Part shown: piece by piece, positions 13,302 through 26,600 of the stretch
Layout of the letters: every line of letters begins with the position of its first letter
How positions within the stretch are numbered: the first letter of the stretch is position 1
Assembly: GCA_043228905.1 (NCBI GenBank)
Contig: JBHGNT010000009.1
Location: 1,860,001 to 1,924,000, forward strand
Reading direction: 5' to 3'
DNA: 64,000 nucleotides
From: Azolla caroliniana
Taxonomy: Eukaryota; Plantae; Polypodiophyta
Notes under the pieces: model-generated
Databases searched by the model: none
Seen by the model: the letters and a program-made list of their open reading frames with translations, nothing else
What the model was told of the DNA's origin: nothing
Position numbers and translations under genes: made by a program

Positions 13302-15855
13302 GGTTTCGAGCTCGCACCATACACCCACTTAAGTTTCACTTTCTTGGCCCTTTCTGTGGGTTTTCTTTGAACTCTTACTCTTACGTCAGTTTCGTGAGCT
13401 GGGTTTTACGAGGAATGTGTCTCACTATGGAGGGTAGCTTGCTCGACCATTCTAGTTGCTTTTCAATCACATCTTTGACTCATGTACATCTACTTAGGTT
13501 TACCTTTTTCATGGGCCCACAATGGATTTTGGAATCCACTTTGTGTATCTAATTTTTCTTGAGCCCAATTGGCATTTGTCTCGTTACGTGCATTTTTAGT
13601 TTTGATCTTTCAACCTCTTTTCTACATTACTGGTTGTGATTCACATTGTGTCCCAAAAAGCCCCTCTCATATACCATGTTTAGAACTCACTCACATCCTC
13701 CAATGGGTTGTAGACTATGTTATTACGCGAGGAAGTCACTCTATTAGTGCAAAAGAATCATGTACTTTGATCGTGAAGGATTAGGTTTACTTTCATGGGG
13801 CTCAAAAAGTATACTTTCGAGTGCAATGTTCATTAATTTTAAATAAAAAGTTGTCTTGCACTCCTTTGTTATCGGTACCTATCATTTGTTTAGAAGTGCC
13901 ATACAACACATGATGTGAAGCACTTAACCTCCTCAAGCATTGTAAACATGTTATTAGAGAAAAGGTTGTGATTGGTGGACCAATCTCACTTATATAGTTC
14001 AAGGGCAACAAATTTGATTTAACCCAATTCTTTTACATCTATTACATTCACTCATTTGGGCTGTAAGGGCATTGAACTCGTGTGCATTTGCTCTCACTAT
14101 TAGGTTTAAACCTAACTCAAGCTCTTCTCCTTCAACAAATTAGAATGTAACATATTAGCATATTAAATTTTGTCGTTGTTGGGGGTGAACTCAATTATAT
14201 GTCTCAATGGTGACAATTAAACAAAATATGGAGGCACACTTTTGGGTTAAGGTCAATAGTTAGGGTAGATGCATACAAGCTTCCAATTGTGACCCTTCTC
14301 GAGGATACCCTTGTTGACCAAATTTGGAGGTAATCTTCTAAGCTATGTTGTACATATTTTCAATCGTTTTTATGTTTGGCCGTTACTAAATTCCTAACAA
14401 CTTTAAATTTTGGGAGTATTGAGTGGATCAAAAGTATCTAACCTATTAAGATTTTCCCTTTTTTAGGTTAAAGAAGAGAATTTCTTTTATTGTCCATCTT
14501 CTATTTTATATTCCAAATTCATCATATACAAGACTAATCTTTCATTGCTTTATTAACTCGCATTGGTGTTGTGGCTTCACCCTTCCCCCTTGATTCCCCC
14601 TTGTGTGATATTTTATTTTAGACTATTTGTTTCCCACTACAAAACAAGTCATTATCATAATTAAAAATTGGAACCTCAACAAAGATTATATGCATCTATG
14701 TGTTCATGTGAAGGAATTACTATTGTAACCGTTGGATTGTGTGAAGTGAGTTTCTAAAGACATTATAAATGTGCACCCCACTATCTTGTAGCAATAATTG
14801 AAGAACAAGTTCTTGTCAAGCAAAATTACAGCACAAGAAAGACGGAACAAAACAAAACACTATTTTTTATGTTTTGTGCGACCTAGTGTGTATTTGACCA
14901 TTAACCTCAATGGGAAGCTTTTTTTTATGCCTTAGCCATGTTCTACTACAATTTAGTGTATCAATGGTAAAATTTTAAATTTATAAAAACATTGTCACAT
15001 ATATTTCAATGTTGGAGGTTATACATAACATGTCTGTTCTCTCCAAAGCTACTAAACATCTAATTGAGTGCATTTTTGCAAACATTGAAGGATGTTTAGA
15101 GCTTATCTAAATTCCCTCATTTTGAGATAAAAAGGCAAGGTGTCAAGTCTATCCCACTTTTCCCTCGTATATACTAGTATGTTTTGTGACACTAGAATTT
15201 CACATCATTTAGAATATTTTCTCTTGTATTGCTTTAAAGTCACAATGGGACACCAATATGAACTATGGTGTGGAATTACGTTTTATCAGAAGATTCATTT
15301 ATCTTTTTATGAAAAGTATCCTACTCAAAACAAGCATCTTATGATTAAAGATTTGCATGTTTAATATTTTGCACATATATTCTTGTCACGGGATGGCATT
15401 TTTTGTATATATATTCTTGTCACGTGATGGCGGTCTAGTGATAATGACTGTTGGTCCAAATTCATTGGGCACATTGTGCATATGGAGCAATTGTGTGTCC
15501 AAAGGGTTGTTCAAAGTGGTAAGGAGGAAATTCCCCCATTTGTCAAGACTAACATTGGCCATTCAATTGGTTTGCAAAATGTCTATGATGGTCATGGACC
15601 GATGCTTGGATAGGTTGTTGGCTTCATGGCTCTAGAAAGGGGGTGACACCCTAGTGAACAAAGCCTCATTCCACATGCTATTAGTTTTTTTTATTTGTTC
15701 CTAGGAAATCCGATTTTTATTATAATAGTGAGAATCTTTCCATAACATAGTTTTTATGTTTTATGAGAACATTAGGGTATCTTAAAATAATAATAATCCC
15801 CTTGACCGTTGTCCATCACTTTCATGCTAACATGGCTATAGTTTATTGACTTAAC

Positions 15856-16304
15856 AAGATTAATTTTGTCGACAAGCATTTGCCATTGAGGTTATACGTG
15901 GCACAAATAGGGGCCAAGAACTTTAGCCATTTCTTTATGCCTTTTCCACTCTCTCAAAACAAAGTACCAACCAAACTTTAAGAACCTTCTTTAGTCTTAA
16001 GAAACTATATTGAATTTTCTGAATATTTCATTGAGTAGTTATTTAAGACGGCCATTAAATATTTGAACATTCCAAATGTTTGCAGAGAAGATTAATTCTG
16101 TTGGCAAGCATTTACCATTGAGGTTATAAGTGGCAAAAGAACTTTAGCCATTTCTTTATGCGTTCTCCACTCTCTCAAAACAAAGTACCAACCAAAACTT
16201 TAAGAAACTTCTTTATCCTTAAGAAACTATGTTGAATTTTCCGAATATTTTATTGATTGGTGATTCAAGACGGCCATTAAATATTTGAACATTTCAAATG
16301 TTTG
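15856..16304. repeat. ~230-bp tandem duplication (2 copies) downstream of the PAE gene
   Basis: AAGATTAATT...GCCATTAAATATTTGAACATT.CAAATGTTTG occurs at ~15856-16083 and ~16089-16304. Confidence 0.85.
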
Positions 16305-16442
16305 TCAAGCTTATTGCTCATCAGCTTTTTATTAAGGGTGAAAGGCTTTATAAGAATCGATAAGTAATAATGAAGAATCGCTTCACATATAATAATAGGT
16401 GAGTCGAATTAAACCATTCAACCAATGCAAAGATCATATTAA

Positions 16443-19145
16443 TCATCTGCAAGAAGGGTTGCTTGGGTACGGATTATCAATATATTTTCCACCCACTCCA
16501 CTGTATGCCCATTTTCCAACTGCCTTCATAGGATTCTAAATTGAAACAAAAAAAAGGATCCAATTTCATCACACCATTACAAATCAATCAACCACACATA
16601 CACATGCACATGCACATGCACATGCACATACACATGCACATACACATGCACATGCACATACAAATACACATACACATGCACATACACATGCACATGCACA
16701 TGCACATGCACATGCACATGCACATGCACATGCACATACACATATGCACATGCACATGCACACACACATGCACATACACACATATGCACATGCACATGCA
16801 CATACACACATCCACATCCACACATATGCACATGCACATACACACATCCACATCCACACATATGCACATGCACATGCACATACACACACATCCACATCCA
16901 CATCCACACACGCACGCACGCACTCAAAAGAGTGAGTGAGGGATTACCAAGCCATCAACCTGAGATGGACCATTCCACTTATCATTGTTTTGCGATTGGG
17001 TATGGTAATAGCAAGATATGAGAAACACACCCCAATCATTGAAGGTTCGGACGGAGCTCACCGCATTTACCATTTTTTTGCGGAAATCTGTATTACCGAG
17101 ACAATAAAAACTCCTCTCAAATGAATCAAAACACAAAAAACAATTAAAAACCTAAAGAAATCTGCTTTGGAATTTATCATGTACTTCTTTGTGCTTAGTT
17201 TATTTGCTGTATGATATTAACATCTTGCTTCTTTTGTAGATTTGTTTTTTGTTGTTAACATAAGTTGGGAGAGATGTTACCTTGTATAATGTTAATCTCT
17301 TCTGCAGAACAATGGCTAGGGTCATTTTCGCATGATACCCATACCCCTTGTGGATCTTCGGAAGGTGGAACCAAATAATTGCGAAGCTGAAATTCCGAGT
17401 TTTCCTTTTTTAGCATAAACACATTTCATATTGGAACCAAAAAGATGTCACCCCCCTAGTTTTCAAAAGTTACCAAAATATCCCCTCCATCATACTAGAA
17501 TTTGCTGAGAAGACAGTGTGGTATTCGGGTACCTTCTTGAAAACTTGGGGGCATTTTGGTGTTTATCTCTATTGCTTATATTGATGACAATAGCATGGCA
17601 ATGTAGTGATACAGATTAGAAGCTTCATCTCTTTTTGCTTATACCTGGTAAGTATCATATGCTGATTCCAGAATGAATGTTGGAGTGTAAATGTCTTCCA
17701 AGAAATATTGAGGAAAAAAACACTGTATTAAGAATGAAACATAAATTTTCATGAAATCATATCATAACTGGAAACCGCAATGCATATGCATATGCGCATG
17801 CGCATGTGCATAAATACACATACAAAATGGATATGTCATATATACATACAATTACATTATATACATATCTTTAGGAAAACCAACAGATTTGTTTTAAGTT
17901 TACCTGTGAGGGATCTCTTTCTGAAGTGCATCCTTTAGGAAGATTCTTACCTATGTTCTGTAAATGAATAGAAGGAAGCATTAAATGAATATGATACAGA
18001 CATAACGAAAAAACCTTTCAAGCAGTTAATTCGATTACCTGTAACTCCACAAGTTGCTTAAAGTAAGGTTGCACAAATTGTGACCCTTTAAAATCTAACC
18101 TGCATGGAAATATAACAGCTTGAACTTTCAAGAGAAGTTTTAACTTGTGAGGACACATTAATTACATCTCCAGAAACATTACAAATACATATTCAGAATA
18201 AAAAACAAACTAGGAAGAAGAAAAATGGTAATAACTTAACATGTCAAGAAAAATTCCTCCATCACTAACACATCTTGCATCAACTCTCGCAGGGAGACGA
18301 TCCCGAAAATCATTGCAATGTATTAGTGAAGCTAGCCCACCAGCAGATTCTCCTGAAAGAATGGCCTACACAAAACCACTTCTTTTAACAAAATTATAAG
18401 GAAAGAACACAAAATCTATAAGCCATAACTCTTCTTCCAAGATATAATTATATAGATTACATCATAGCTTGTTTTCTTCTTTCTTTCTTTGTTTTTCATG
18501 TATTTTGGTCTCTCATGGATGTTTATAATATATGGATCAATTGATCTCGCACATAAAGAGAGATGCTTATGTGCCAACACACTCACAAACCATCTATATT
18601 TGGCGCCTTGGTATTGAGGCATGAAAGCGTAATCTTTCTAAAGCAAAAATCGTTTAATTTCCGTAAAAGGTTAATCGTTCTTCACCTTAGAATGGTACCT
18701 TAGTAGCATAGGCCATGCCTTTCCTAAGAAGCTCTGCTATGACCGCTTCCCAAATCCGTTGTCCGCGGTAGTAAAGCCGTTGCACCTATGGAAACACACA
18801 CACACACACACACACACAAAGATACAGTCAGAAAACAATTGATTTTTCAACCATTATATGGAGAAAAGGTTGGTATGAAATATAGAGATGGTCAGTAGTA
18901 GTAGCAGAAGAACCTGAGTACTTCCGGGAATTCGAGCTTCTGCAGGCAAGTCTACATCTCCACTGAAGGATCCCCCATCACAGTACCTCACTTTAACTCT
19001 ATTCCAATTATAAAAATCTATAGCAGACAAACATCTCGTAAGAAGGAACTGAAATATATATGATATATATGCATAACATATATACATACAAGTTACAACA
19101 TATGCTGACACATACATACATACATACATACATACATACATACAT

Positions 19146-19178
<33 letters not shown>

Positions 19179-19191
19179 TACATACATACAT

Positions 19192-19224
<33 letters not shown>

Positions 19225-19232
19225 TACATACA

Positions 19233-19321
<89 letters not shown>

Positions 19322-20109
19322 ACATACATATACACACATGCATACATACATACACACACACATATACGATGTTTTACTGAAATCATGTAAAAGAGTATTA
19401 GTTTAAAGGAACATACATGGGTTTTCAGCAGGTGAATTGCTTAGGATCCCTAGAAATGTGGTGGGACCCATGAAACGTGATGACCCGAGCGATGTGGTGC
19501 TGCGTTCTGCACATGAACCTGCAGTTGCACACCATGCTCCCCCCTGAATTTAGAACGACAGAACTTAATATATATAATTAATTTCATAAGAACTGAATGA
19601 GTTTTTTTTTGTTTTGTTTTCAAAAGATTTCGACCTCAACGACATTATTGTCTTTTCTTTTCTTACTTGGAGGTGAACTATCCAGTTTTTGGCACCATTT
19701 CCATTGCCAGGATCTAGATGATAGCCTGGTAGACTTCCATCAAGGCAAACTAACAAAAATGGAAAGGTTATTAGAAACTCTTGACAATGTCTTCTTTTAT
19801 ATCTATCTTCCTTCTTCTATTTGGATAGGCTACAATTTAAATTGATTATTTCTTTCACCTGCTCCTATGGTATCAGCACCGCGGACAAGTGTAAGGTCGA
19901 TTAGAGTAGGATCTCCTGTGACAAAAGAACACACACACACAAAAGAAGTATCAATGGCTTTGTGAGATTAAAGATAGAAGATAAATGGTGGTGGTGATGA
20001 TGATGATCCAGAGGAATTAGTAGCAAAGGAAGTTACCTAAGGTACATGAGCTTATGGCAATGAGGAAGAGAAGGAAGACCCAACACATGAAAATCCAATT
20101 ATATGCCAT
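16443..20109 (-). CDS. PAE: Pectin acetylesterase (CE13/Notum family), ~13 exons, signal peptide
   Basis: Spliced motifs in order: [119 protein letters not shown]...[12 protein letters not shown]. Confidence 0.9.
16592..16924. repeat. (CACATG/CACATA)n intronic repeat
   Basis: Direct inspection; it fills the last PAE intron. Confidence 0.95.
19108..19366. repeat. (TACA)n/(CA)n intronic microsatellite
   Basis: Direct inspection. Confidence 0.95.
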
Positions 20110-20120
20110 GGTTGTTTGCT

Positions 20121-20159
<39 letters not shown>

Positions 20160-20557
20160 GGAGAATTAGAGAGTTTTGTTGTAGGAATTATGGCTGAATA
20201 ACTCTAATTTTAATAGTGTTACACCTGCAATTGATGAATGAATATGGGAGATGAGATGGCCCCCTGTTACACCATGGTATATAGAAGGGATGGAGTAAAA
20301 ATGGTACAATAGCTTCTTCTTTTCCAAACTAAATGCTACAACATGGAATAACTTTCAAGCCTTTTGTAATAACAAGAAGGATCTGAGTCATTATCCATCA
20401 CATATACATATATCAATATGTATGTACAATCAGACAAACAGCAATACAATCACTTGGTCCATTACGCAATGCCTTTGCCAAGCATAAGGCCCTCGCCTCG
20501 GATGCCGAGTGTGAATTCAAGGCATCAAAAAGACGGTAAAAAGTGGGTTGTCAATAG

Positions 20558-20695
20558 GTGTTTCCGAACACCTCCCATTATGTTATGTTTCCAAACACCT
20601 CTTGTTATGTTATGTTATGTTATGTTATGTTTCCGAACAAGAGGTGTTTCCGAACTTGTTATGTTATGTTTCCGAACAAGAGGTGTTATGTTATG
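20558..20695. repeat. Short compound tandem repeat (TGTTA)n plus TGTTTCCGAAC units upstream of PAE
   Basis: TGTTTCC(G/A)AAC occurs five times, interleaved with TGTTA runs. Confidence 0.8.
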
Positions 20696-23600
20696 ACGAA
20701 TGTGGATCTATTCCCCCCCCCCCCCCCCCACTGTGCAAAGAGACTCCACCAAACTTAGGGACGAACTTTGTTATGCATATATAATACCATGAGCTAACAC
20801 AAACTTGTAACTAAGCTAACAAGCCAACAACAAATCGAGGCACACCCACAAACACAAACACCCCTAGCAAAAACAAGAAAACAAGCAAGTAGATTCTTTT
20901 ATGTTATCAGGGTTATTGGGCATTTGTGTGCCTCGTCTCGAGCACTTTGTCTCGCTAAGCATAGAAGTTTTACCTTTCCATCCATGATATGTTATCTACC
21001 TTTCAATGCTAGGAAAAATGTCCTTTTGATATTTTTTTATCCTTAAGAGTACTCCCCTCCCCAACTAGTCCATGAATCTAACACGATAAATGTCCAAGTT
21101 TTATCACGGAATGCTAGTAAGTAATGTCCTTTTTCGTGTAAGTTGCAACATCCACTTTATTCATGGATCTATCATATAAGAAAATGACATTTTGTTTTAT
21201 ACACATACATACATGTGTGTGAATGTGGTTGTTTGTCTAATGCATATTTAAACCCAACTAGATTTAGCTGGAGGGCCAAAGGGCAAACCCAAATGTGAAT
21301 CATTTTCATTTTTCTCTAAGAGTAGGGTCCATATAAGACCAAACAAATGTCAAGTCGATTATGGGTCATGATTCCACCACTCTAACTCATTTTGTTGTAG
21401 TTTTTGCTCTTTCTTTTTCTACACAAAAAATGAGTTATAACGTATATCATCGTCCAAATAATTCGATCTTGTATCATAAATGCTCTTTTCCATTCATCCA
21501 TCACATAATTCCATTCAAGCATATCACTTTATACATCAACAATCAATCAATCGATGTATCATTACCAATAATTAAATTGTTTCTTTACAAGCGCATGCAG
21601 TTTGAGGGGTTTTAAACTCTTCCTTAGAATACTTTGGCACATGCAACTTTTCCATTCAAACAAACCATCGAATCAGAACTTCGAAATCTACTTATTCTTT
21701 AGCCTTATATGCATCCATGTTGTATCATTCTTCCGAACGTATGCGTGTTTGTATTTATGTATGTATGAATGTGTACATACATACATATAATGTTTGCAAG
21801 CCTTGGACATTCTTCCGAAGTCAAATTTTTTGCAATCTAAGAATTTCATAATACATGGGTGTGTTAAAAAACATGGTCAATGAAGGATGGCAAGAAAAAA
21901 TGATCTATAAATATGTAGATAAATGAATTAGAGACTAGTGGTCATGACAACCCAATAAATCTGATTATTTCTCTCTCGTTTTCTCATCTTCCTTACCTTT
22001 TTCTTCTTTGTCTATTTGTTTTCCCTCTGTACATTAAAATAACGTGAAAATACAAAAAACCCCTTTCTTTAAGCCTACTACTACAAGTAACAATAGCTAG
22101 GATTTTATAGTATTGTAAAGCCTCTAAGGTGGTGTAAGACTAGCTAATGTAAAAGCAACTCCAACGACCATAAGGTACTCTCATAGATGAACATCACAAT
22201 ACAAAAAACCCCTTGTTGACCCCACCACAATAGTGAGGATCTCATGGCAAGGTTAAACCCTCTAAAGTGTTGGGGGACTAGTTGACATAAAAGCAACTCT
22301 TGTAAGGACAAGGTAGAGCTCCATCTCCCACATCAACGTTCTTTTCAACCTACGTGATAATTGTGATATTCCATGAAAACCATCAAACAATGACTCAAAT
22401 TTATTCTATAAAGAAAATCCAATGAAAGGGCGACAAGATTATCCTCCTTGACCATGACCTAATTTGTGATCTAACAACCCACTATATAGATATATTCACA
22501 ATTGGGGGTTCCCAACCCATACGAGAATTTCAAAAGCAATCCGCATCCATCCTAGGATAGGTTTTGCATATACATCACCTTCATCAACCTTGTATTCATA
22601 ATTAAAGATAATACATTAGCTAATGTATTGAATTATTATGCATATGGTGCTAATTAAAAAAAAGGGTCCAAGTTGTTCACACTTTGCAATTAATGCAAAC
22701 CCATTCAATAGTAACTAGTAAGGTTACCTTCAAATTTGTCCAATTAATGCATGCCCAGTGCACACTTTCTAGTTAGCAAATTCTGCTTCTAACCAATAAA
22801 GGCAAGTTTTCTTTCTAATTAGAGAGCAATTAATGAAAAACTCACAATGAACTCATTTCCTACTTATCAGTCAAGGTGTAATTTTGTGCTTAATATTATA
22901 TCTAATGTGATCAAGATTACTCACATTGATGAAGGGTACATGGGCAATTTTGCAAATAAGCAAACATATTTATATGGTTTCCCTATATTTATTTGTTTTC
23001 TTGAGGTCATGTGCCAATCTTAATAATTACATTGAAGTGGCACGAAGTCATTGGTTACTTGAAACCAGAGCATCAAGATGCAAATCCTCAAAAAGAGAAG
23101 TGAGGCCATTATGTGAGAAACCTAATCAAAATCTATGTTGATGTGACACAAAAGCATTAGCCACATTCAGGTAGGCCATAGAAAGAGTTTTTTGAGCTAC
23201 TTGCATGGCCATGTAGATTAAATGAATAGATAGGTTTGTCTTTACTTTAAACATATCTTAGTAAGACGGTGAAGGAAAACAAAGGGAAATAATAAATGAT
23301 TTTGAATAATTCGATTGAGGAGAGGAAAGGAAAAGAGAGAAAGAGAAGGATTAGAGTAATAAATGATTGACGTATTTGATGATTATTCAACTCTCAAAAT
23401 TCAATTTTTGCCTAGGCTGAGCTATGTCCCACAAATCATACATTAGTTTCCCATGGATGTTAACAATATAATACCGATCTCAAAACATTTGCAAGAATAT
23501 GATATTTTCCATGCTAGAAGGGTATTGCTTTACATGTCCTCGTAATATTTTGGGCTTGCATTGTGTATGTATCCCATTCCACAAACGATACAAGGTTATG

Positions 23601-26600
23601 CATTGTGCAATTACAAGGCCATGCCAAGCTTAGGGTACACTTATACCTACCTACCCATTTACTTGTTTTTTTTTATACCAAAAAAACACGACTTCGCATT
23701 AGTTAGCAAACGGAATACATCAAAGTTCAACCCGAATCCATAGTGGGATCAATATATACAACACGGAGGACCAACTCCAAACCCAACAGAATAAAACCCA
23801 ACAAAACTCACGTGGCCCTTATCCCCAACAAACCCGGAATAAATCCCATTTTACTCCGACTCTACTTATCCCGACGTACTCTTTTATAACAAAGTTATCC
23901 GGGTAACACAACTATGATAACCCACTTGTGCTCCAACTATATACACATATATTACATCCCATGTACAATATTGGGAGTCGTCGGTGGAAATAGCCACCTA
24001 GGTGCTCGATAGTTCCACTTACACCTCGTCGAAGGTTTGACCATCATGGGAGAACCACCCCATTTCAACAAGAACTTTGACCTTGCCCTTTCTGCTTTCA
24101 TCCAATTTCCCTGTTGCATAGAAGCTTAGAACTTTATGTTCCCTAACATACCCTCAGATTTCCAACAAAGTTGCACCTTCACTAAAATTATCATAAAGTA
24201 TACCACCTCATGTTGCATAAGGTGCAAATAAAATGTATGCAAATACTTTCCATTAAGATTCCACGCAACTCCTTTTAATATTTAGATGTAGTGGCTTTGA
24301 CCAATGTAATGAGGCAAGAGGCAAAACATGTAGGACACTTTCTCTAGGAAGGCCAATCTACCAAGGTAGCCCCCTTGCAACTTACTACCCACATTCTCAC
24401 TCAAATGCATAGACCTCTTAGTCCTCATGATGTGGGGTCTTTGTCCCCGCTTTCTCCCAAATGAATATAAGTTTTGTGTTGTTTATTTTAGAAGTAGTAT
24501 TATAAAGTTTGAACTGATACATGCAACATTGAATGGTCTCTTTCAAAAAGTCCAAGTGTGAATTTATAGTTAAAGTGTTTTTATGAAAGGAAAGTTTAAC
24601 CTTCAAACACAATAACAGTAAGATTAAGTCTTGGGAAAAAAACAATATGTTCTCAAAGTCTACATTAAAGTTAAAAGCCAGTATTGCAAAACTCTTGTTG
24701 TCACACTTTACACGAAAATGAAGTCTTAACAACAAAACATAAATGTGATAGCAAGCCACCTAAAGTTTAAATATAAATGTGAAATTTAATGTCTTATTTT
24801 GGAGAGCGATGTTGTCTAATACTAGTCAAAAAAACTTCGGCTTAATTTGCACATGGATCCTAAGTTTAAGTCTCTGAACAAATTTATTTTATCGATAGTT
24901 GACATGAAACTCATGACTTAATCTTAAGTCTTGAGAAACTCAAGTGTATTTGATATTATCACATTTTACCTACATGAATGAAATATTAATCCTTGAGAAA
25001 TATATATGAGTACCCTAATAAGCAATATGGATAATATCGAAGATAGAATTTTTCATTACAAGAAATTGATATTGTTGTCACCATCATTCGTTTGCAATGA
25101 AGTTTCGTACTCATAATCTTTTTGCTCAATATGTTGTTACCATGTGGAGCTATCTAACGTTCCCATGAAGACTATTCGTCATGGATGGGAAAAATGAGGA
25201 CTCATTGGTATACTGACAAAATTAGAAATTTCAAGAGCATAAAAAGGGATCTTGTATCCCTAAATCAATGTCTTGACTACTATATCATAACAACTTGATG
25301 TAATCACATTTGTAAACCCCTTTGCATTGAAGATTTTATTTATTGAATATTCATTATTGCATTCCCCTTTGTCAGAACTACACTAAAATGATTGGATGTG
25401 AACAATTGCTAACCACTTCACACATATGATCAATGGAATGCAAAATGCATTGATGGGTTAATCATTGAGCTAACAACATCGTATTAAAAACAAACTTGGA
25501 AGAGGGTCCAATGTTAGATAAGCATAGTCTAGCCAAGAGGATTACGAGAACACTCTAGATTCCTTCCTTGCCCTTTGAGATGTCTTTGTATATGATAACT
25601 CTATGTTGTACTAAAGCCTTTTGAGCTAAAAAATGTCTCTTCACAACTTGTTGTTTTGTCTCAATTTTTCTATGTGACGATGTATATGCAGCCCTGTTGT
25701 TCATGCTTCCACTTTCTTAATTCTTACATGATATCACAACTTTAAGGTTCTACTAAGGAAACAATGGTTTGTATAAGTGTGCTGACGTGATTATTCTAGG
25801 TTACAGAATAGCTCAATCAACATAACATTAGATTGTAGACGTGGAATTGTTAGTACATCTCCAATTAAATCAAAGAACAATGGTGTTTGTATTAGCATGC
25901 CCAAGTGGTTATTCTATGTTAGAGAATAACCCAATCAACATAACACTAGAGTGTAGGAAGTTGAACTATTAGTAGAGCTCCATGACTACTATCATGAAGT
26001 TCACACTTCATGAGATGAAATTTGTGGAATTTTGGCATAGACAGATACACTTAGTGATAAGGGGCTTAGTAGAACAAAAGACTTTTAAAGACTATGCTTT
26101 GGCCTCTTGAATATTTGGGCTATATTTGTAAATTCAAGAAAGGATCGATTTGAAAGTAATAAAGACCATTTTCATAATTATGAATTAATACATGCACTAT
26201 ATATTTAAGGCCATATGTTTGATTACAAGGAATGATTGACCTAAAATTGAACTTGATTATTTTTATAATTTTTAAAAGAAGGTTTTAGAAACCTCTTAAA
26301 ACTTCTCAAGAAACCCAGAAACATCTCAACAACCCATGAGGATAGTGAGTAGCCTATAAAAACCATTCAAGGAGAAAGTGGAAACAAACGAATGAAGACG
26401 AAATAATCAATCAAGGAATGAAGTAAAGAAGTAGACGATAGCATTGGGAAACAATAGTGTGAATTAAGGAGGAAGAATAAAGATATAGGAGAAGGAGAAG
26501 ATAATGATAAGAGAGAATACGAAGGAGAAAAGGAAGGGCTTCTTATGATAACGAAAACAAAGGAAGGTGAAAAACAAAACAAAGGCTTTTGTTTGTTAAG

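Noticed and set aside
16541-16939. His/Met/Cys-rich ORFs here and at 12435-12795 and 18854-19386
   Set aside because: These are translations of microsatellites; only the PAE exon inside 18854-19363 is real.
20558-20695. CRISPR-like repeat-spacer appearance
   Set aside because: Eukaryotic context, spacers are themselves repetitive, and there are no cas genes.
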